Source: the human T2T-CHM13v2.0 reference genome, Homo sapiens. Taken from it: a DNA stretch of 64,000 nucleotides. The notes under the pieces are model-generated. The model was not told the DNA's origin. It was given only the letters and a program-made list of their open reading frames with translations, and searched no databases. The stretch lies in NCBI RefSeq assembly GCF_009914755.1, contig NC_060944.1. One strand, written 5' to 3'. Shown here in pieces: positions 21,709-39,261 of this stretch (position 1 is the first letter of the stretch; each line of letters opens with the position of its first letter). Made by a program: the position numbers and the translations under genes.

Positions 21709-22369
21709 CTACACAACAGTGTGAAATGTGGGGAGTACATCACTGGGGGTTGGGGGAAGTTGAGTGAAGAGAGGAGGTCAGGGGAACGTGTGAAGATCTG
21801 GGGTCCACTCTTCATGGAGCTGTTTCCAGGATAAGTATCCACCCTTGGGAATATTATAAAAGGGGTGGCACAGGCTTTGATGCCCCAGCCTCTGCCTTCT
21901 GTGACCTTTCTATAGCCACCATCACCACCTTGCTCTCTATGTTCTCACTTCTGGCTCCCAATCTCTTCATTCCTTTTGAAACAGCAAAGAGATTGGCCAA
22001 GTTGGCAGCTGTATGCAGATCTGAAGCTCAGAAGAGATACCAGAGTCATTCATGTATTGAGGATCACTGCAGCTACAGGGAGCTATTTCATTCAGGGTCA
22101 CCCATTTCTGAAGCAGCCCATATCCAATGACTTAGATGCTGGAGTACAAAAGCCCAACACCTCAGCGGGACTGGGGACAACCCTGAAGGCCCATTCTGGC
22201 TTCTGAGCTTCTCATACACTGGCTGAGTCTGTGATGAGCCCTGCATTGCTGTCTATCCTTGCTCCTTTCCCCTCCTCTCCTCAGGCATTGAATTCAAGCC
22301 CACTCCCCAGTAAACATCTTGCACACTAAACTCCATCTCAGCATCTGCTTCTCAGATAACCCAACCTAG

Positions 22370-22708
<339 letters not shown>

Positions 22709-23388
22709 TCACTCTTGTTTCATCTACGCTCCTGGGTTTCCTAGTTCCTAATGTCCTGATGGCACCTCCACCCACTTTCCCCAGAACTAACTTGATAACC
22801 TGTTCTGTTCAGGGTTTTCCAGAATCTGCCATGACAGCCATTTTGTTGGACTCATCACCAGGAAACACACTCCAATTACCTGCTGAATCCTACTAGCCCA
22901 GGTTCTATCTTTTGGACCATGACATTTGAACCTTGAGATGGGGCAAGAACCAGATCCTCTATCTGAGCTGGATGAACAGAAAGAATTTATGTTGGTAGCA
23001 TACTGAAATAGCCACTGGGTCCCCTGGAATGAGGTCATCACAATCCAAGACAGAAGATATGGTGCAGCACCTGTGTGCACAGGCATTGCTTGAAATTCTG
23101 TGACTGAACTTTGAACTGCTGAGTCATTGCTGAAATACCAGAGAGGGCACTGTATAGTTAGCGAGGTGCATGGATGAAACTTAGGTGGAAAAGAAGATAT
23201 GTAGTTTTTTTTTCAAAATTGACTGCTTTTTGCACAGATGCATTCAAGTTTTCAATTTTGTCATAGGTTCTCTACTTGTAAATAGATATATGCTCACATT
23301 ATTTTATTATTATTTATTTTCTTACTAATGTTTAATTATTTTAAATTAATTTATAATTTGTCCACAGACAATTCACTTTCTCTGTTGA

Positions 23389-24052
<664 letters not shown>

Positions 24053-24148
24053 TGATTTAATATATGAAAGTATTCAGAAGAGAGTGGTTAGACTATGGTG
24101 CTAATATCATGGTTTGAATTCCTGAATCCCACCTAACTTGAAGAACTA

Positions 24149-25001
<853 letters not shown>

Positions 25002-25177
25002 ACCTATCCCTGAGCTTTTTAGCTACGTGTGCCAATATGTTCTCTTTTGCTTGTGCCAGATTGAGTTGGATTTTAAATGAAAGAACTTGCACGTGACCTT
25101 GGGAAAATCACTAAATGTTTCTAAACTTGTTTCTCAAGCAGCAAAATGGTAAAACTATAAACCCAGCCTACCTCCTA

Positions 25178-25621
25178 TGTAGCAGATACAAACATATTCC
25201 CTTGAGCATTTCTACCACAGTGTAGGCTCACCTAAATTTCAGCAACCAACATCCAAATCTCTTTGGCTGAAGAGTTCTTGGCTACACCAGATTCTACTTC
25301 ACTCTGCTGGCAGTCAGACAAGCTCCTGAGCAGCCCTCAAATAATGTTACATCAATAGCCCAGCTTCCTTAGCCCTCAGGTGTGATCACTTCAAAGTGGT
25401 TGTTCTGTGCTCTCTGCAAGAACATCCTAGTAGGATTAAGCCCTAGTTGCCTACAGTGGTAACCTGCCTATCAACAAACACATCCTTTGTTGCCTGTCTT
25501 CTCTTCCCTGACACACTCCCCTACTCCTTTATTGGTGCTTCCTGGAATCTCGTTGTAAACAGACTACTGTCACTCAGATTCCTATCTCAGGATCTGCTTT
25601 TAAGGGAGCAAAACTAAAGAA
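25178..25621 (+). mobile_element. LTR16-family LTR
   Basis: tgtagcagataca...ctcaggatctgctttt...aaactaa. Confidence 0.6.
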
Positions 25622-26552
25622 AGTTACACCTTCCCAATGCTTGGTAAACACAAATCTCTGTGTGATTTGCCTGTGATCAGGACATGGCTGAGTTGTCACT
25701 GGTAGAAGTGGTTTAAACTCAAGTCATCAATGCACGTTTACAAGCATGAAAGCTGTGATGGCTAGTCTCATGATGAATTAATATTGTTAAGCTCTTCATT
25801 TTATTCCATACGCAATTGTGTTTATTTTAAAAATAACTCTTCAATGGATTCTGTAGATCGACGAATAAAGCACCTGTAAAGATAATCTTGCCTTAAAACA
25901 GCTGAAAGTATGTGCACCTTTATAGAATCAATTGCATAAACAGCACTGGTATGAATAAAGCTGGAATATATTTGCACACAATGATTGAGAGCTCCACAGA
26001 ACATGTTGCGATGGTGGAAAAGTATTTTCAATGGCTTAGAGAGGCTCCTGCACATGGAAGGATGAGAAATGAGATGACTCATAAGGAGCCAACTCTCAAG
26101 TCTTAAAACCAACTTCATCCGACACCAGACTTTGTGTGGCAACCACAGCCCCAAAACAAAGAGGAAACACCATATGTTCCCAGTGTGGGAAGACTGCTGG
26201 GCCCCACTGGTCTTATCGGTGACACCTGCACTCCCAGCTGGGGAGAATAACTGGTAGTGTCATCTTCAAAAGCAGAGGACAGCAAACACAGCACAAAGAA
26301 GCACCAGAAATGTGGGCTGAAGGGGTTGGTGGGTTGATTAGCTGGCCATCGTATTCAGGGAGCTGGACGAGAGCCATCATGTCCTCTGTTTCCCATGCTG
26401 GTGGCCACAGCTCTCATCTTGGCAACAACCCATCACTGGCAAGGTGGTTTGAGAACTTCCTCTTTCATCCCATCTTCTCACCCTTCCCCCATTCTGCTGC
26501 TCTGCCCCCAAACCACACATTTAGGGTTCACTTGACAAGGCAGAGGCTTGTT

Positions 26553-26888
26553 ATAATTTCTTATCCATTCATGCTGCTATAACAAAATGCCTGAGACTGG
26601 ATAATTTATAAAGAACAGAAATTTATTTCTCACAATTCTGGAAGCTGGGAAGTCCAAGATCAAGGCTTGGCATTTGGTCTAGTGAGGATCTTCATATTGC
26701 ATCCTCACATGGCAGAAGGCTGAAGGGCAAGCTAGCCAAGCACTCTGCGAAGCCTCTTCTGTAAGGGCCTTAATACTATTTATGAGGAAGGAACTCCCAT
26801 TGCCTAATTACCTCTGAAAGCCCCCACCTTTAATACCAGCACATTGGTAACACCTGAATTTTGGAGGTGACACATTAAGACCATAGCA
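26553..26888 (-). mobile_element. MST-type solo LTR
   Basis: tgctgctataacaaaatgcctgagactgg...gaccatagca. Confidence 0.85.
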
Positions 26889-27059
26889 TGATTTATATTT
26901 TGCTTGCCCCTCCCTCTCAATTTCCACCATTATTCAAAGAATTAAAGAACACCAGAGGTGCAGCCTCCTCAAAACTAAAATAATAATATAAATATGTATA
27001 TAAATATACACACATACTTGATAGGCATCTCTATATAGAGGTATATATATATATATACA

Positions 27060-27500
27060 TAGGGATAGAGAGAAAGAGAGAGAGAGAAGAAAGAAGAGAG
27101 AGAGAGAAGGAAAGAGACACACAGAGAGAAAGAGACAGAGAGAAAGAGAGAGACAGAAAGAAAGAGAGACGGAGAGAAAGAGACAGAGAGACAAAGAAAG
27201 AAAGAAGAAGAAAGAGACCGAGAGAAAGAAGGAAAGAGACACAGAGGAAGAGAAAGAGAAACAGAGATAAAGAAAGAGACAGAGAGAAAGAGAGATGGAG
27301 AGAAAGAAGGAGAGACAGAGAGAGAAAGAAAAAGAGAAAGAAAAAGAGAGAGAAAGAAAGAGAGAAAGAAAAAGAGAGACAGAAAAGGATGGAAGGAAGA
27401 AAGGAAGGAGAAGAAAGAAAAAGAAAGAAAGAGAAAGAAAGAAAAGAAAAGAAAGAGACACAAAGAGAGAGAGAAAGAAAAAAGAGAAGGAAGGAAGGAG
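27060..27500. repeat. Degenerate GA/GACA/GAAA polypurine tract preceded by (TA)n
   Basis: Directly visible. Confidence 0.93.
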
Positions 27501-27705
27501 ATGTGGTGAAATTTTAACAGTTGGGGAATATGGATGAAGGGCATATGGAAGTTTTTTAGACCATTCTTGCAACCTTAATGTAAGTCTGAAATGTTATTTC
27601 AAAATTAAAAATAAAGAAACTAATTATTAGAACACTGGTATAATTATGTATAATTATGATCACAGTATGATCATAGTATTTTTTAACTATTAAAAATCTA
27701 TTTGT

Positions 27706-29090
<1,385 letters not shown>

Positions 29091-30239
29091 ATAGAACACA
29101 TGAAAACTTGGTGTTTGTTAGTGTCTATTTATGACTTAAAATATAAGTCCCCTCTGAAAATCTATGAATAATATGACACTTAGACTTCTCAGATGTGTAA
29201 GTTCCTTTTTGTATTTAAGCTAGTTTAGATTGGGTTTCTGTCAACTTGAAAGAATCCTGACTACCACAAAATTTTTAAATATCTCTCAAAATGCAGTCTT
29301 TTGGATCTACGGAAAAAGTTTGCTCATTAACAATAACTTTTTGAAACAAGACCAAGTAAAATTTTCTGAAGTTCAAAGCTCTCCTGTCCGCAAGCAAACT
29401 TGAAATGAATAAGAATCTGAAACATTTCTGAAATAGAAGAATGAGCTCAGCTAAGCACAGAACATTCCTGAACAGTGTCTGCCACTGCAACAGGATAATC
29501 ATAATACAGGGTCTTGAACCAGAAGTGTTTTTGTGTGTGCCAGATTTAAAGAAATTCACAGTCCTTTAACTGTGAAAGAATTCTAATTTTAAAAACCAAA
29601 CCTTTCCTAAATCAACGGTAATCATTTTTTGCAACCATCTGAACAGAAGTTGGAAAACACAAACACTGTTCTTTACTTCTTTACCGTCTGCTTCCTGCCA
29701 TCCATCCTTCATCTCTTGTGGTCATAGGAATTTCAGCATTTTCTTTTCGAAAGGCTTCTAGGAATTGCCTTTGGTTTACTTGGTGAAATCTTGCACCGCA
29801 TACACTTCTTCAAAAGCACATTGTTTCTTCCCATTTTTGTTGAAGAAAAACCAAGTAATGAGAGAATGTATTTGCTGACAACCTCAAAAAAATTCTATCA
29901 CCTTCAGTTCATTTTGATCTGGGGATTCTTGACTCACCTGGTTAATCAGGATCCAGTTTAATCTGAGGTCTAGCCTACTTCCCACTATATAACTGCTGTG
30001 GTGGATCAGCAGTGGAGTTTGCATTTCCTTCTGCTTCTCAAATCTCTTCACTCTCTTCCTTTTCCCTCCAGGATACTGTGGATTGGAGCAATCAAATTCT
30101 TGCTTCTAGAAATGTGAGATTGGTGCAACACATTCTAATTCAATGTGATGTTCACTTAAACTGAGGTGAATTTAGGAACTTTCCATCATTTGGGGGAACT
30201 ATGTTTGGCTATATGGTCAGTGAACATGTCTTAAAAGTA

Positions 30240-30380
30240 AAAGGAGAGGGGAAAGGAGAGGAGGGGACAAAGAAGAGAGAGACAGGAAGAGGGGCAGAAG
30301 AGAAGGGGAGAGAGAGATGAAGAGAAAAAGAGAGAGAGAGAAATAAGGAGAGAGGGAGAACAGGAAGAGAGAAAGAAAAA
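30240..30380. repeat. GA-rich low-complexity tract
   Basis: Directly visible. Confidence 0.85.
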
Positions 30381-30399
30381 TACTTTTTTTGGTTTATGT

Positions 30400-30736
30400 C
30401 AGGGGTCCCCCACCCCTGGGCCATGGACCGGTACCAGTCCCTGGCCTGTTAGGAACCAGGCCGCACAGCAGGAGGTGAGCAGGGGTGAGTGAGCCTTACA
30501 ACCTGAGCTCTATCTCTGTCAGATCAGCGGCAGCATTAGCTTCTCATAGGAGCGTGAAACCTACTGTGAACTGTGCATGCAGGGGATCTAGTTTGCACGC
30601 TCCTTATAAGAATCTAATGCCTGATGATCTGAGGTGAAACGGTTTCATCCTGAAACTATGCCCCAAGCCCTATTCAGTGAAAGAAATTGTCTTCCATGAA
30701 ACCAGTTCCTGGTGCCAGAAAGATTGGGGACCGCTG
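30400..30736. mobile_element. MER1B hAT-Charlie MITE
   Basis: caggggtcccc...ttggggaccgctg TIRs; 8-bp TSD gtttatgt/gcttatat. Confidence 0.9.
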
Positions 30737-33380
30737 GCTTATATGACTAAAGAGACAGAGGAATCTCATTTCAGGTGAAACTTGATCAATTGGATCAAAC
30801 ATATCCCCAAGGACCTGATGTTTTTGCATCTCTTCATTATGCTAAGGTCAAGATGGTTGCCACAAGCCCTCAGAGATATATGCTAGCTTTCTATTATCTA
30901 GGAGGAAAGAGATGCAGAATTCCCACTGCAGTTCCATGAGTCACCCTGATTGGACTGACGAAGGTCACATGCCTGTCTCTGCATCAATCACTATGGCCAG
31001 TGGGGGTGGGGGATGGGATGGATTATGATGACTGGATGGATCTAGGTCACATGTTTCATCCCTAGAGTTAGAGCTGGAGTCAGCATCGCCAGATGCACAC
31101 AGATTCCCAAAAAGAAACCTAGAACTACTGGTAAGAGAAGTGTATGCTGGAAAGAAAATCAATGAATGTCCATCATGTTGATCTTCCAGTTTGGCCAGAT
31201 GATTCCATATCTTTATAATTCCTCCTTTTAATCTATATTAGTTTGAGTTGGCTTCTTGTACTTACAGCCAAAGAGTGTTCACTAAGACCTCACACTAGAA
31301 TAGTGAAAAGAGAAAAAACAGCAGTGGCCTAAGTTTCAGGGAAGAGGTTGAACACAGTGAAGTTACATCACATGGACACTTAGCTCATATAAGAGGACAA
31401 TAACAGTGTAAATTACTTGGGTGGCTCTGCCCCCCATCTGAGATGGCAGGTGTGAATGGCTCTTCCCTTAACCAGCTTGGTTCTGTCTTTCCTCCCATTG
31501 TATGAGCATCTTGCCAACTATAACATGATTCTAGTATACATTTCATAAAAGAGGGCCCTACACCAGCTTTAACTGGTACTCAACAAAAGGAACAGAAATG
31601 GCTGGAGAAATAACTGGCCAAGCAGTACTTATTGAATATGTTACTCTCCAAAGTGGCATGTTTCTGAAAGGCTCTAAAGATAATTTTCCTAAAGGACTTT
31701 CAAGGAATATTTTTCTAAAAGACATTTTGTTTTTCTTTCTTTTTTAAAATATTCCCACAGCAATAGAATTTTTTTCTTAAAGAATTTTGAGGGAAGTGTT
31801 GCTGATTTATAAGATTAGACTCCACCACACCTAGAAAGATAATTATCATCCACTGAAGCTAAGAAAACTGATCAGTGGAAGAAATGGAATATCACTGTGT
31901 CTATGAACATAATCAATCTGAGGGTTTGGCCCCATATTGGCCAACTATTAAAATGGGTCTCTGCACATCATTAAAACTTAATAAATATTGAAAAATGAAT
32001 TTGGTTGATTCTGGCCAAATGGCCATGCTTGATGAGATAACCTGGACCCAGCATGCTTAAATTCTGTTTTGGGGCATTTCACAGTGATTTGGTGGACAGA
32101 GAGAGGTGGTATTACTTTTAATACCATTTCTGCTATGAATTATTTGTATGATCTGGGGAAAATTACATAATTTCTCCAAGTTTCAAGTTTCCCCACTGGT
32201 GAAATGAGAATAAAAATGCTTACCCTACTTGTTTTCCAGAGTTATTAAAAATTGGTGGCCTATACTCTCTTAAGCAGCTGCTTGATGTCTTCTAGGGCTG
32301 CATGAATGATATACAGAAGGAAAAATATTCAGATGGAAAACAATGTCAGTGCCTCCAGAGATATTCAGTGAACAGTTTATCCCATCTAATGTACCCTTGG
32401 TTGTTAAAATATAATCAAGCACAACAGTACAACCCAACAGGAAGCATAGTTTCTCCATGGCACCATAGCAATCCTAATGGAGATGATATTTCTACTACTG
32501 TGTGTTGCCAACTCCCAGCTTATGATCTTTGACCCAAAAAGCTCCAGAGAGGAACAAATTATGAAAAATAGCCTCTGCTGTCCAGAACAAAGCCTAGTGC
32601 TAAGTCAAAAAAGAAAGAAACACTGGGAGCCAGCCACGCAGATCTAAGCTTTCCAAGCAGAGGAAGTAATTTAATGGGACCTGCTTCCAGGGAATCTGGA
32701 TGTTGTGATGTACAGTGAAGCAGAAAGAGGTTTATGTTGTTCCAGGCAAAGCTCAGTTCTGAGATTACAGAAACTGTCTTTTTGGTCAAGTTGCTTTATG
32801 ATTTAAAAATAAAAAAGACTTCTCTTTTCTGCATACGCCTAAATCTAAATCCTGCCTTCAGGTAGCCATATGCCTCTTTCAAGAGTCCAATAAGGCTTGG
32901 GAAGCTACTAATAACAACTTGTCCTTTGCCCTGTAAAGGCATTGCTTTCCTCATTTTCCGTCATTCCAAGGGATATATGGATATACGTATATGTGTACCT
33001 AGTGACCCAGCAAATCCTGTCTTAGTATGTACCCAGCAGAAACGGTTGTCTATGTCCACCATAGGCATTTCAAAAGTGTTCATAGCAGTACTGTATGAAA
33101 TTGCTCCAAAGTGGAAACGGGTAGGAATTTAACTCTTCAGCTTTATTTACTATTCTTTTAGCATCTGAATAGGAAAGTAGATTAGTTGGACGGAACCCAC
33201 TGAAGTTAACTGAAAATTCACTTACATGGAAACCTTTATCTGTTCCTAGAATGACTTACACAATTTTCTTGTGAAGATGTAGTGTTTTCAATAAACTCAC
33301 ATCTCATGTCATGGGCAAAATTACCAGGAAAGTTGTTAAGAACTAATACCATTTGATTGTCTCTGAAAATATTGAATATG

Positions 33381-33752
33381 GGCTGAGCTTGGTGGCTCAT
33401 GCCTGTAATCACAGCACTTTGGGAGGCCAAGGCTCTCCACCGGGCGTGGTGGCTCACACTTGTAATCCCAGCATTTTGGGAGGCAGAGGCAGGCAGATCA
33501 TGAGGTCAGGAGCTCGAGAACAGCCTGGCCAACACAGTGAAACCCTGTCTCTACTAAAAATACAAAATTAGCTGGGCATGGTGGCGGGTGCCTGTAATCC
33601 CAGCTACTCGGGAGGCTGAGGCAGGAGAATCGCCTAACCTGGGAGTCAGAGGTTGCGGTGGGCCGAGATTGCGCCACTGCACTCCAGCCTGGGCGACAGA
33701 GCTAGACTCCGTCTCAAAAACAAACAAACAAACGAACAAAAACAACAAAAAA
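33381..33752 (+). mobile_element. Alu head fragment (33381-33433) fused to a full Alu (33440-33752)
   Basis: Two consecutive Alu 5' ends. Confidence 0.92.
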
Positions 33753-33754
33753 CA

Positions 33755-33854
33755 GTGAATCTCTCTCTCACTCTCTCTCTCTTTCTCTACACACACACAC
33801 ACACACACACACCACTTATTGGTTCTGTTTCTCTGGAGAACCCTGACAAACACA
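33755..33854 (+). mobile_element. MLT2 LTR 3' end with (CT)n(CA)n
   Basis: tattggttctgtttctctggagaaccctgacaaacaca. Confidence 0.8.
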
Positions 33855-33894
33855 AGGGATGTGGGTGATGCACCATGGTATCCACGAAGGTTGA

Positions 33895-34479
33895 TGTTAT
33901 GCTTTGGATGTCTGTCCCCTCCAAATCTCATGTTGAAACATGATACCAAAGTTCAAGGTGGGGCTTGGTGGGAGGTGTTAGGGTCATGGGGGTGGATCCC
34001 TCATGAAAGGCTTGGTTTGCTGTCCTTGCAGTAATGAATGAGTTCTCACTCTATTAGTTCACCTGAGCTAGTTGTTTGAAAGAGCCTGGCACCTCTGCTT
34101 CTCCCTCTTGCCCTGTCTCTCACCATGTGATGTGTGGCTCTTTGCCTCCCACCATGATTGGAAGCTTCTTAAGCCCCTAACCAGATGCAGATGCTGGCAC
34201 CACACTTCTTGGGTATAGCTTTTGTATGTGCAGTGACAGCAAAGACCTCAGCTGAGGCATCTCGGAAATTGTCCCAATTTGAAGCAAGGCGGAGTGGCCT
34301 TTGTACCTCACAACCCCCTGGTAGGGGGAGGATGGCCTGATCTTGGACTTGGAAGCTCCCTTCAGCAGGGGGGCAGTGACTGGAGAGAGACTCAGAACCA
34401 TAAGCCAAATAAACCTCTTTTCTTTGTAAATTACCCAGCCTCAGGTGTTCCTTTGTAGCAACACTTATGGACTAACACA
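33895..34479 (+). mobile_element. MSTB-like solo LTR with a foreign ~173-bp insert
   Basis: tgttatgctttggatg...ccaaatctcatgttgaaa...ggactaacaca. Confidence 0.85.
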
Positions 34480-34586
34480 GTTATTGAGGTAGGAGGAAAG
34501 AACACACACAATGTGTTATCTTCTTGCATAACTTTTAAATATTTACATGTACGGCGTGTGGGTCTCCACTTGCCCTCTTGCCCCAT

Positions 34587-34790
34587 CCAGAGGTTGCTGG
34601 AACCAGCTCACAGTGGCTCTCTGGAGCTGATTGTATCCATTTCTTCTCAACTCCCGGTTTGGTGACATCAGGTTGGTAGCTCGGTACCACTGCATGCTGT
34701 GGGTATTTACACCAAGGAAATCAGCAAACACTACAAATCAGGGCTATTTTTCCTCCAGGGAGCTGGCTGCTTAATGTTTACCTACACAGT
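34587..34790. mobile_element. MER63A-like hAT MITE
   Basis: gctggaaccagctc...gtgacatcaggttggtagct...gtatttacacca.ggaaatc.gcaaac.ctacaaatcaggg. Confidence 0.65.
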
Positions 34791-35148
34791 CTGCCTGGGT
34801 TCCATAAATGGTAGCAGCAAGCCTGCCCCACACACCAGCAATTCCACGAGGAAGTCCCTGGTCCATGGCGCCATCTCTCCTGAGCTCCCACGACTCCATT
34901 TCTTCCCGCACAACCCTTTAGCTATAGGGAGGTGACAGGTCCCCACTGCCACTTCTCTTTGAGTTGTTCCCCACTCTTCCTTGTTCAATTGGTAGGTAGT
35001 CCCTCCACTACAGCCTCTTTCTTTGAACTGTCTGAGATGAACTCTGTTTCCTGCTGGGCCTTGACTGGTAAGAAAGGCAGATCTGTTCCTTATTCTGTGC
35101 TTCAGCCTACAATTCAACGGCCATCCCCTCCCCTCTTCCAGCTTCTAG

Positions 35149-35590
<442 letters not shown>

Positions 35591-37209
35591 AGTCCTGCTA
35601 CAAACTTTCAGTCACACTCCAGAAAAGACATCACCGCAGCCCATTGTTTTGTTCTTCTGTTACCCTGGCTACTTAATATATGTGGCAGAGTTGCTTATTG
35701 AGGTTAGTTTTGGAAGCCCCAAATATATAAAAGAGAGCGGAAAGGCAACTGTCACAATTAACTGGAAACAATACATTTAATTTGAGAAATCAAGAGTTAC
35801 AGCAATCACGTGGGGCTGTGGGGCTCTGCTTATCTCATCTCCTTCAATTATTTTGCAAATCTGAACCTCTTGTGGTTTCAACATGCAATCTTATATCCCT
35901 GCATGTCTGACTTACACTTTCAGTAATCACTCCGAATAATGAGCCTGGACTTAGAACAAGGGCAGGGACTGCTGCAGGCCCTGGCACACCATGCAGACCA
36001 TTGACCTGCCTTCTTGCCACACAATAGCTGTGGAGTTCGGTGTTTTTTTCAAGTTGCCTCATCTTTCCCAAGTCCCTCTAGTCACACTGCCTCCCTGAGT
36101 TGGCAGAGACACGGTGTGGCTTTGGTGAGGTTAATCAAGAACAAAAAAGAACATCTCTGTCTTCTTTTTCATTTGGTTTTGCTAACCACCAATGCTTTTT
36201 TTGCTTCTCAGAAAAAAAGGAAAGAAAAGAAAAAAAAGCTGTGGCTATCAGGTTGGTCTGCTTAATCCTTCTGCCTTGCCTTCTCTTTCTTCTGGAAAAA
36301 GACCTGATTTCCCTTCCCACATCTAGTCAGTGGGCGGTAAGGACAAAGGAAGTTGGGTAGTTGGAACCACCTGACCCAAGCTAGACCAATCACAGTTTCT
36401 GTCCCATATGCCACTTGAGTTGAGTTGCCAAATCAGTTGTTTCTGAGACATCTAGGAGTGGCATCGTTGGGGGAAGGTTTTCAAGGTACTTCTGACGGAG
36501 ATTCCTCGGGGCACCTGGGTCCTGTCATTTGGCAGATTGTTTAGCGTTTAATTTGAATGCATGAGCTGTGCATCATTCCACCAGTAAATCTCTTATTTAC
36601 TTGCAAGCCATGAAATGAGGCCCGGAAATGAGACCCAGCTTTGCCCAAAGGTGAGACGGAGAGAGTCAACATAATCTGAAGATAGGATAAAACGAGGAGA
36701 GCCTCTCTCTCTCTCTCAAGGCAGTCAAAGTGGAAAGACAGAAGGTCTCAGAACAGCCAATCACAGCTAGTCTTTGCAAGGCCTTCCAGGCACGGCAATC
36801 TGTCTTCTGAGCCTCCAAATCTCACCAGCCAGATTATGGACACCAAGGAGCTAGCGAACTCTACCAGTGACACGCTTCCAAAATACTCATCTCTATGTAT
36901 GGTGGAGGCCTTGGCCATTATGTAGTCTATATTACTAGCTTCTAGATCTAAAAGGTAAATGAAGTTTCCCTTTTTCTTATTCTGCACCATTCAACAATAC
37001 TAACTTAGGACCTTAAATGAGTTTTGTCAGCATTTTTACATTTGAATTCACATAAAGTTATCTTCAAAGGAATGACCTTGCGCCCAGTCAAGGGTAACTC
37101 CAATAAAAAACTTGCCAACCTTATGTGAAAATGAAATGAGTTGTTGGGGAAGGGAAGGCATTGAGAATATTTTCTGAAGTGTAATAGTAATAATAAGGTT
37201 GAATATTTC

Positions 37210-37390
37210 ATTCAATCCTTAATACTGCTCTAGGACCTAGGTACTGTTAGTATCACCATATTAAAGTTGGAAAATTAGGTCTAAAAGAGCTAAATCACTG
37301 GTTCCAAATCACTTATTACTAGTGAATGGCAGAGCTGGGATTCAAAACCAGGTTGACTGACTCCAAATTCTATACAGTTAGCCATTATGC
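37210..37390 (-). mobile_element. MIR
   Basis: ctagtgaatggcagagctgggattcaaaaccagg...tgactccaaa. Confidence 0.7.
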
Positions 37391-37781
37391 TAGTTCCTAC
37401 ATGCCAGTCACTGTGGGGACCCCATTATTCGTCTCGCATCTTAAAGTGTATTGCTAGCAGGGTCAAAGTCATGTTTTTCAAACCTTTGGATACTGTACTG
37501 CAATGGCTTGGCACTGGGGAACATATCCCAATATCTGCCTACCATAGCATAATATAGCCCTTCTCTGAGTCACAAGCAAAGTCATCTCAAAAGGAGGGTA
37601 AATCTGATGCGATAGTGGTAGATATCTCACAAGTGGATCATCATAAAAAGTTCATATAAGCAATCGTAACAAATAATACATCATTTTTAACATTGAGTTC
37701 TCAGAGAGGAGAACTTCTTCCTTGTAGATATGCATAAAAGGCCAGCATGAGGAAACTGAGCCCAGATGGAGAATGAGGTTT

Positions 37782-38150
37782 CTGTATCAGATAGAATGGG
37801 CTAGGTTATGCTGCAGAAACAAATGACTTCCAGTGTCAATGGCTTAAAACAAGGTTTATCTTTTTACTTATGCTATGTGAACAATGTCAGTTGGGTGTTC
37901 ATTTGGCTACCTTGGGAGTGACCTTGGAAAAGAGGGAGAGAATGTAGTGAGGAAGAGCATGTAGTGAATTCTATATTGGTTCTTAGCATTTCTATGTGGA
38001 AGTGATGTACTTTCTTCTGCCTGCACTTATTTCATTGATCAAAGAAAGCACGTGGCCACAAGTAACTTTCAGTGCATGGGAACATTGACTTCCATATGCC
38101 GAAAAGATGGAGGAGCTGAAACAGAGCAACCACGACTAATGACTACCTTG
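37782..38150. mobile_element. MLT1J/K-like LTR
   Basis: tgtatcagatag...gctaggttatgctgcag.aacaaa...ggcttaaaacaaggttta. Confidence 0.55.
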
Positions 38151-39261
38151 CTGGCTTGTCAAAGAGACTTGATCGTGTTGAGGGTACTCAAGTACTCACT
38201 TCCTTTCCCTCGTGTGCCTTCCCTCTGAGAGTGAAGAAAACATACTGAAATGCCAAAGACTGCCTGAAAAACTTCCACATTGATGATAAATTGAGGGAAA
38301 AGGACACTTCAGAACATATTTGGATCTTTCCATCTTGAAAGGGAAATTTCTTGTGAAGTTTTAAGTGGCCACGCTTGATTGTATCAGACAATTTAAAAAT
38401 ATTTCATTGATGATAAAACATGGCAAGTGAAGATTATGATTTCTTGAATTTTCCCTTAAAGGCTGAGAGGAGAAAAGTCCCTGCTAGGTAGCATTGTCCA
38501 ACACTCCAAGGGAGATGAGAAGGGAACCCTCAGAGAAAATGTATGGGGGTGGGGGTGATGGAGGAAAGCATAACCTATGGATGCCCAAGTGCTATGAATT
38601 AAGGAAGAAACCTTTATGACTTTCCTATTTCTGTAATGTTCTAAAATGTTCCATTGTCAATGTTAACAGTCAAGGTTAGTTCTTGTCCAGGGCAGAGAAT
38701 ATGATAAAATGTCATCGGCAATCACTGGAATGGGATTTTCACCAGATGAGCAGAGGCAATCAGTGTGACCACAGCCTGGAGTTCCATATTGGGCACTTCT
38801 TTCTAGCTGGTCTTGGATTCTCATTGCATTTCATGTATCTAATCCCCCACCCTCCCACACTTCCCCAAAAAGGAAAAGAGAGAATTAACAAAATAAATAA
38901 ATACTCATCAGTCACCAAAAAAAAAAAAAAATCCGGCAGTATAAAACCAGTGAATCATGATATAGTTTCTTGTTAGCGCAGCAGACATCTATTGGAGCAT
39001 TTTTCCCAATCTCTCTGTTTTAGAAACTATTCAGAGAACTGCTTCCTGATTCCCACTGATCACAGCTAATGGGGTGAGCAGCAGATATAAGCTGGGCCTA
39101 AAATTTGCCCAATCACATTGTCTCTCCGCAAATTTAGTGCTTAGAATATTTAAAAAATATTTTAATGTTTTAAAATTTTGAAAAAAATCTCAAAATTTCA
39201 GAAAAGTTTCAAGACAGTACAAATATATTTGATTGTTTTTTCTTTTCTCCTTATTTTTCTT

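Noticed and set aside
29270-29900. Possible decayed DNA-transposon or conserved non-coding sequence (also 31380-32080 and 41580-41940)
   Set aside because: I could not assign a family or frame by eye; it needs Dfam and conservation tracks.
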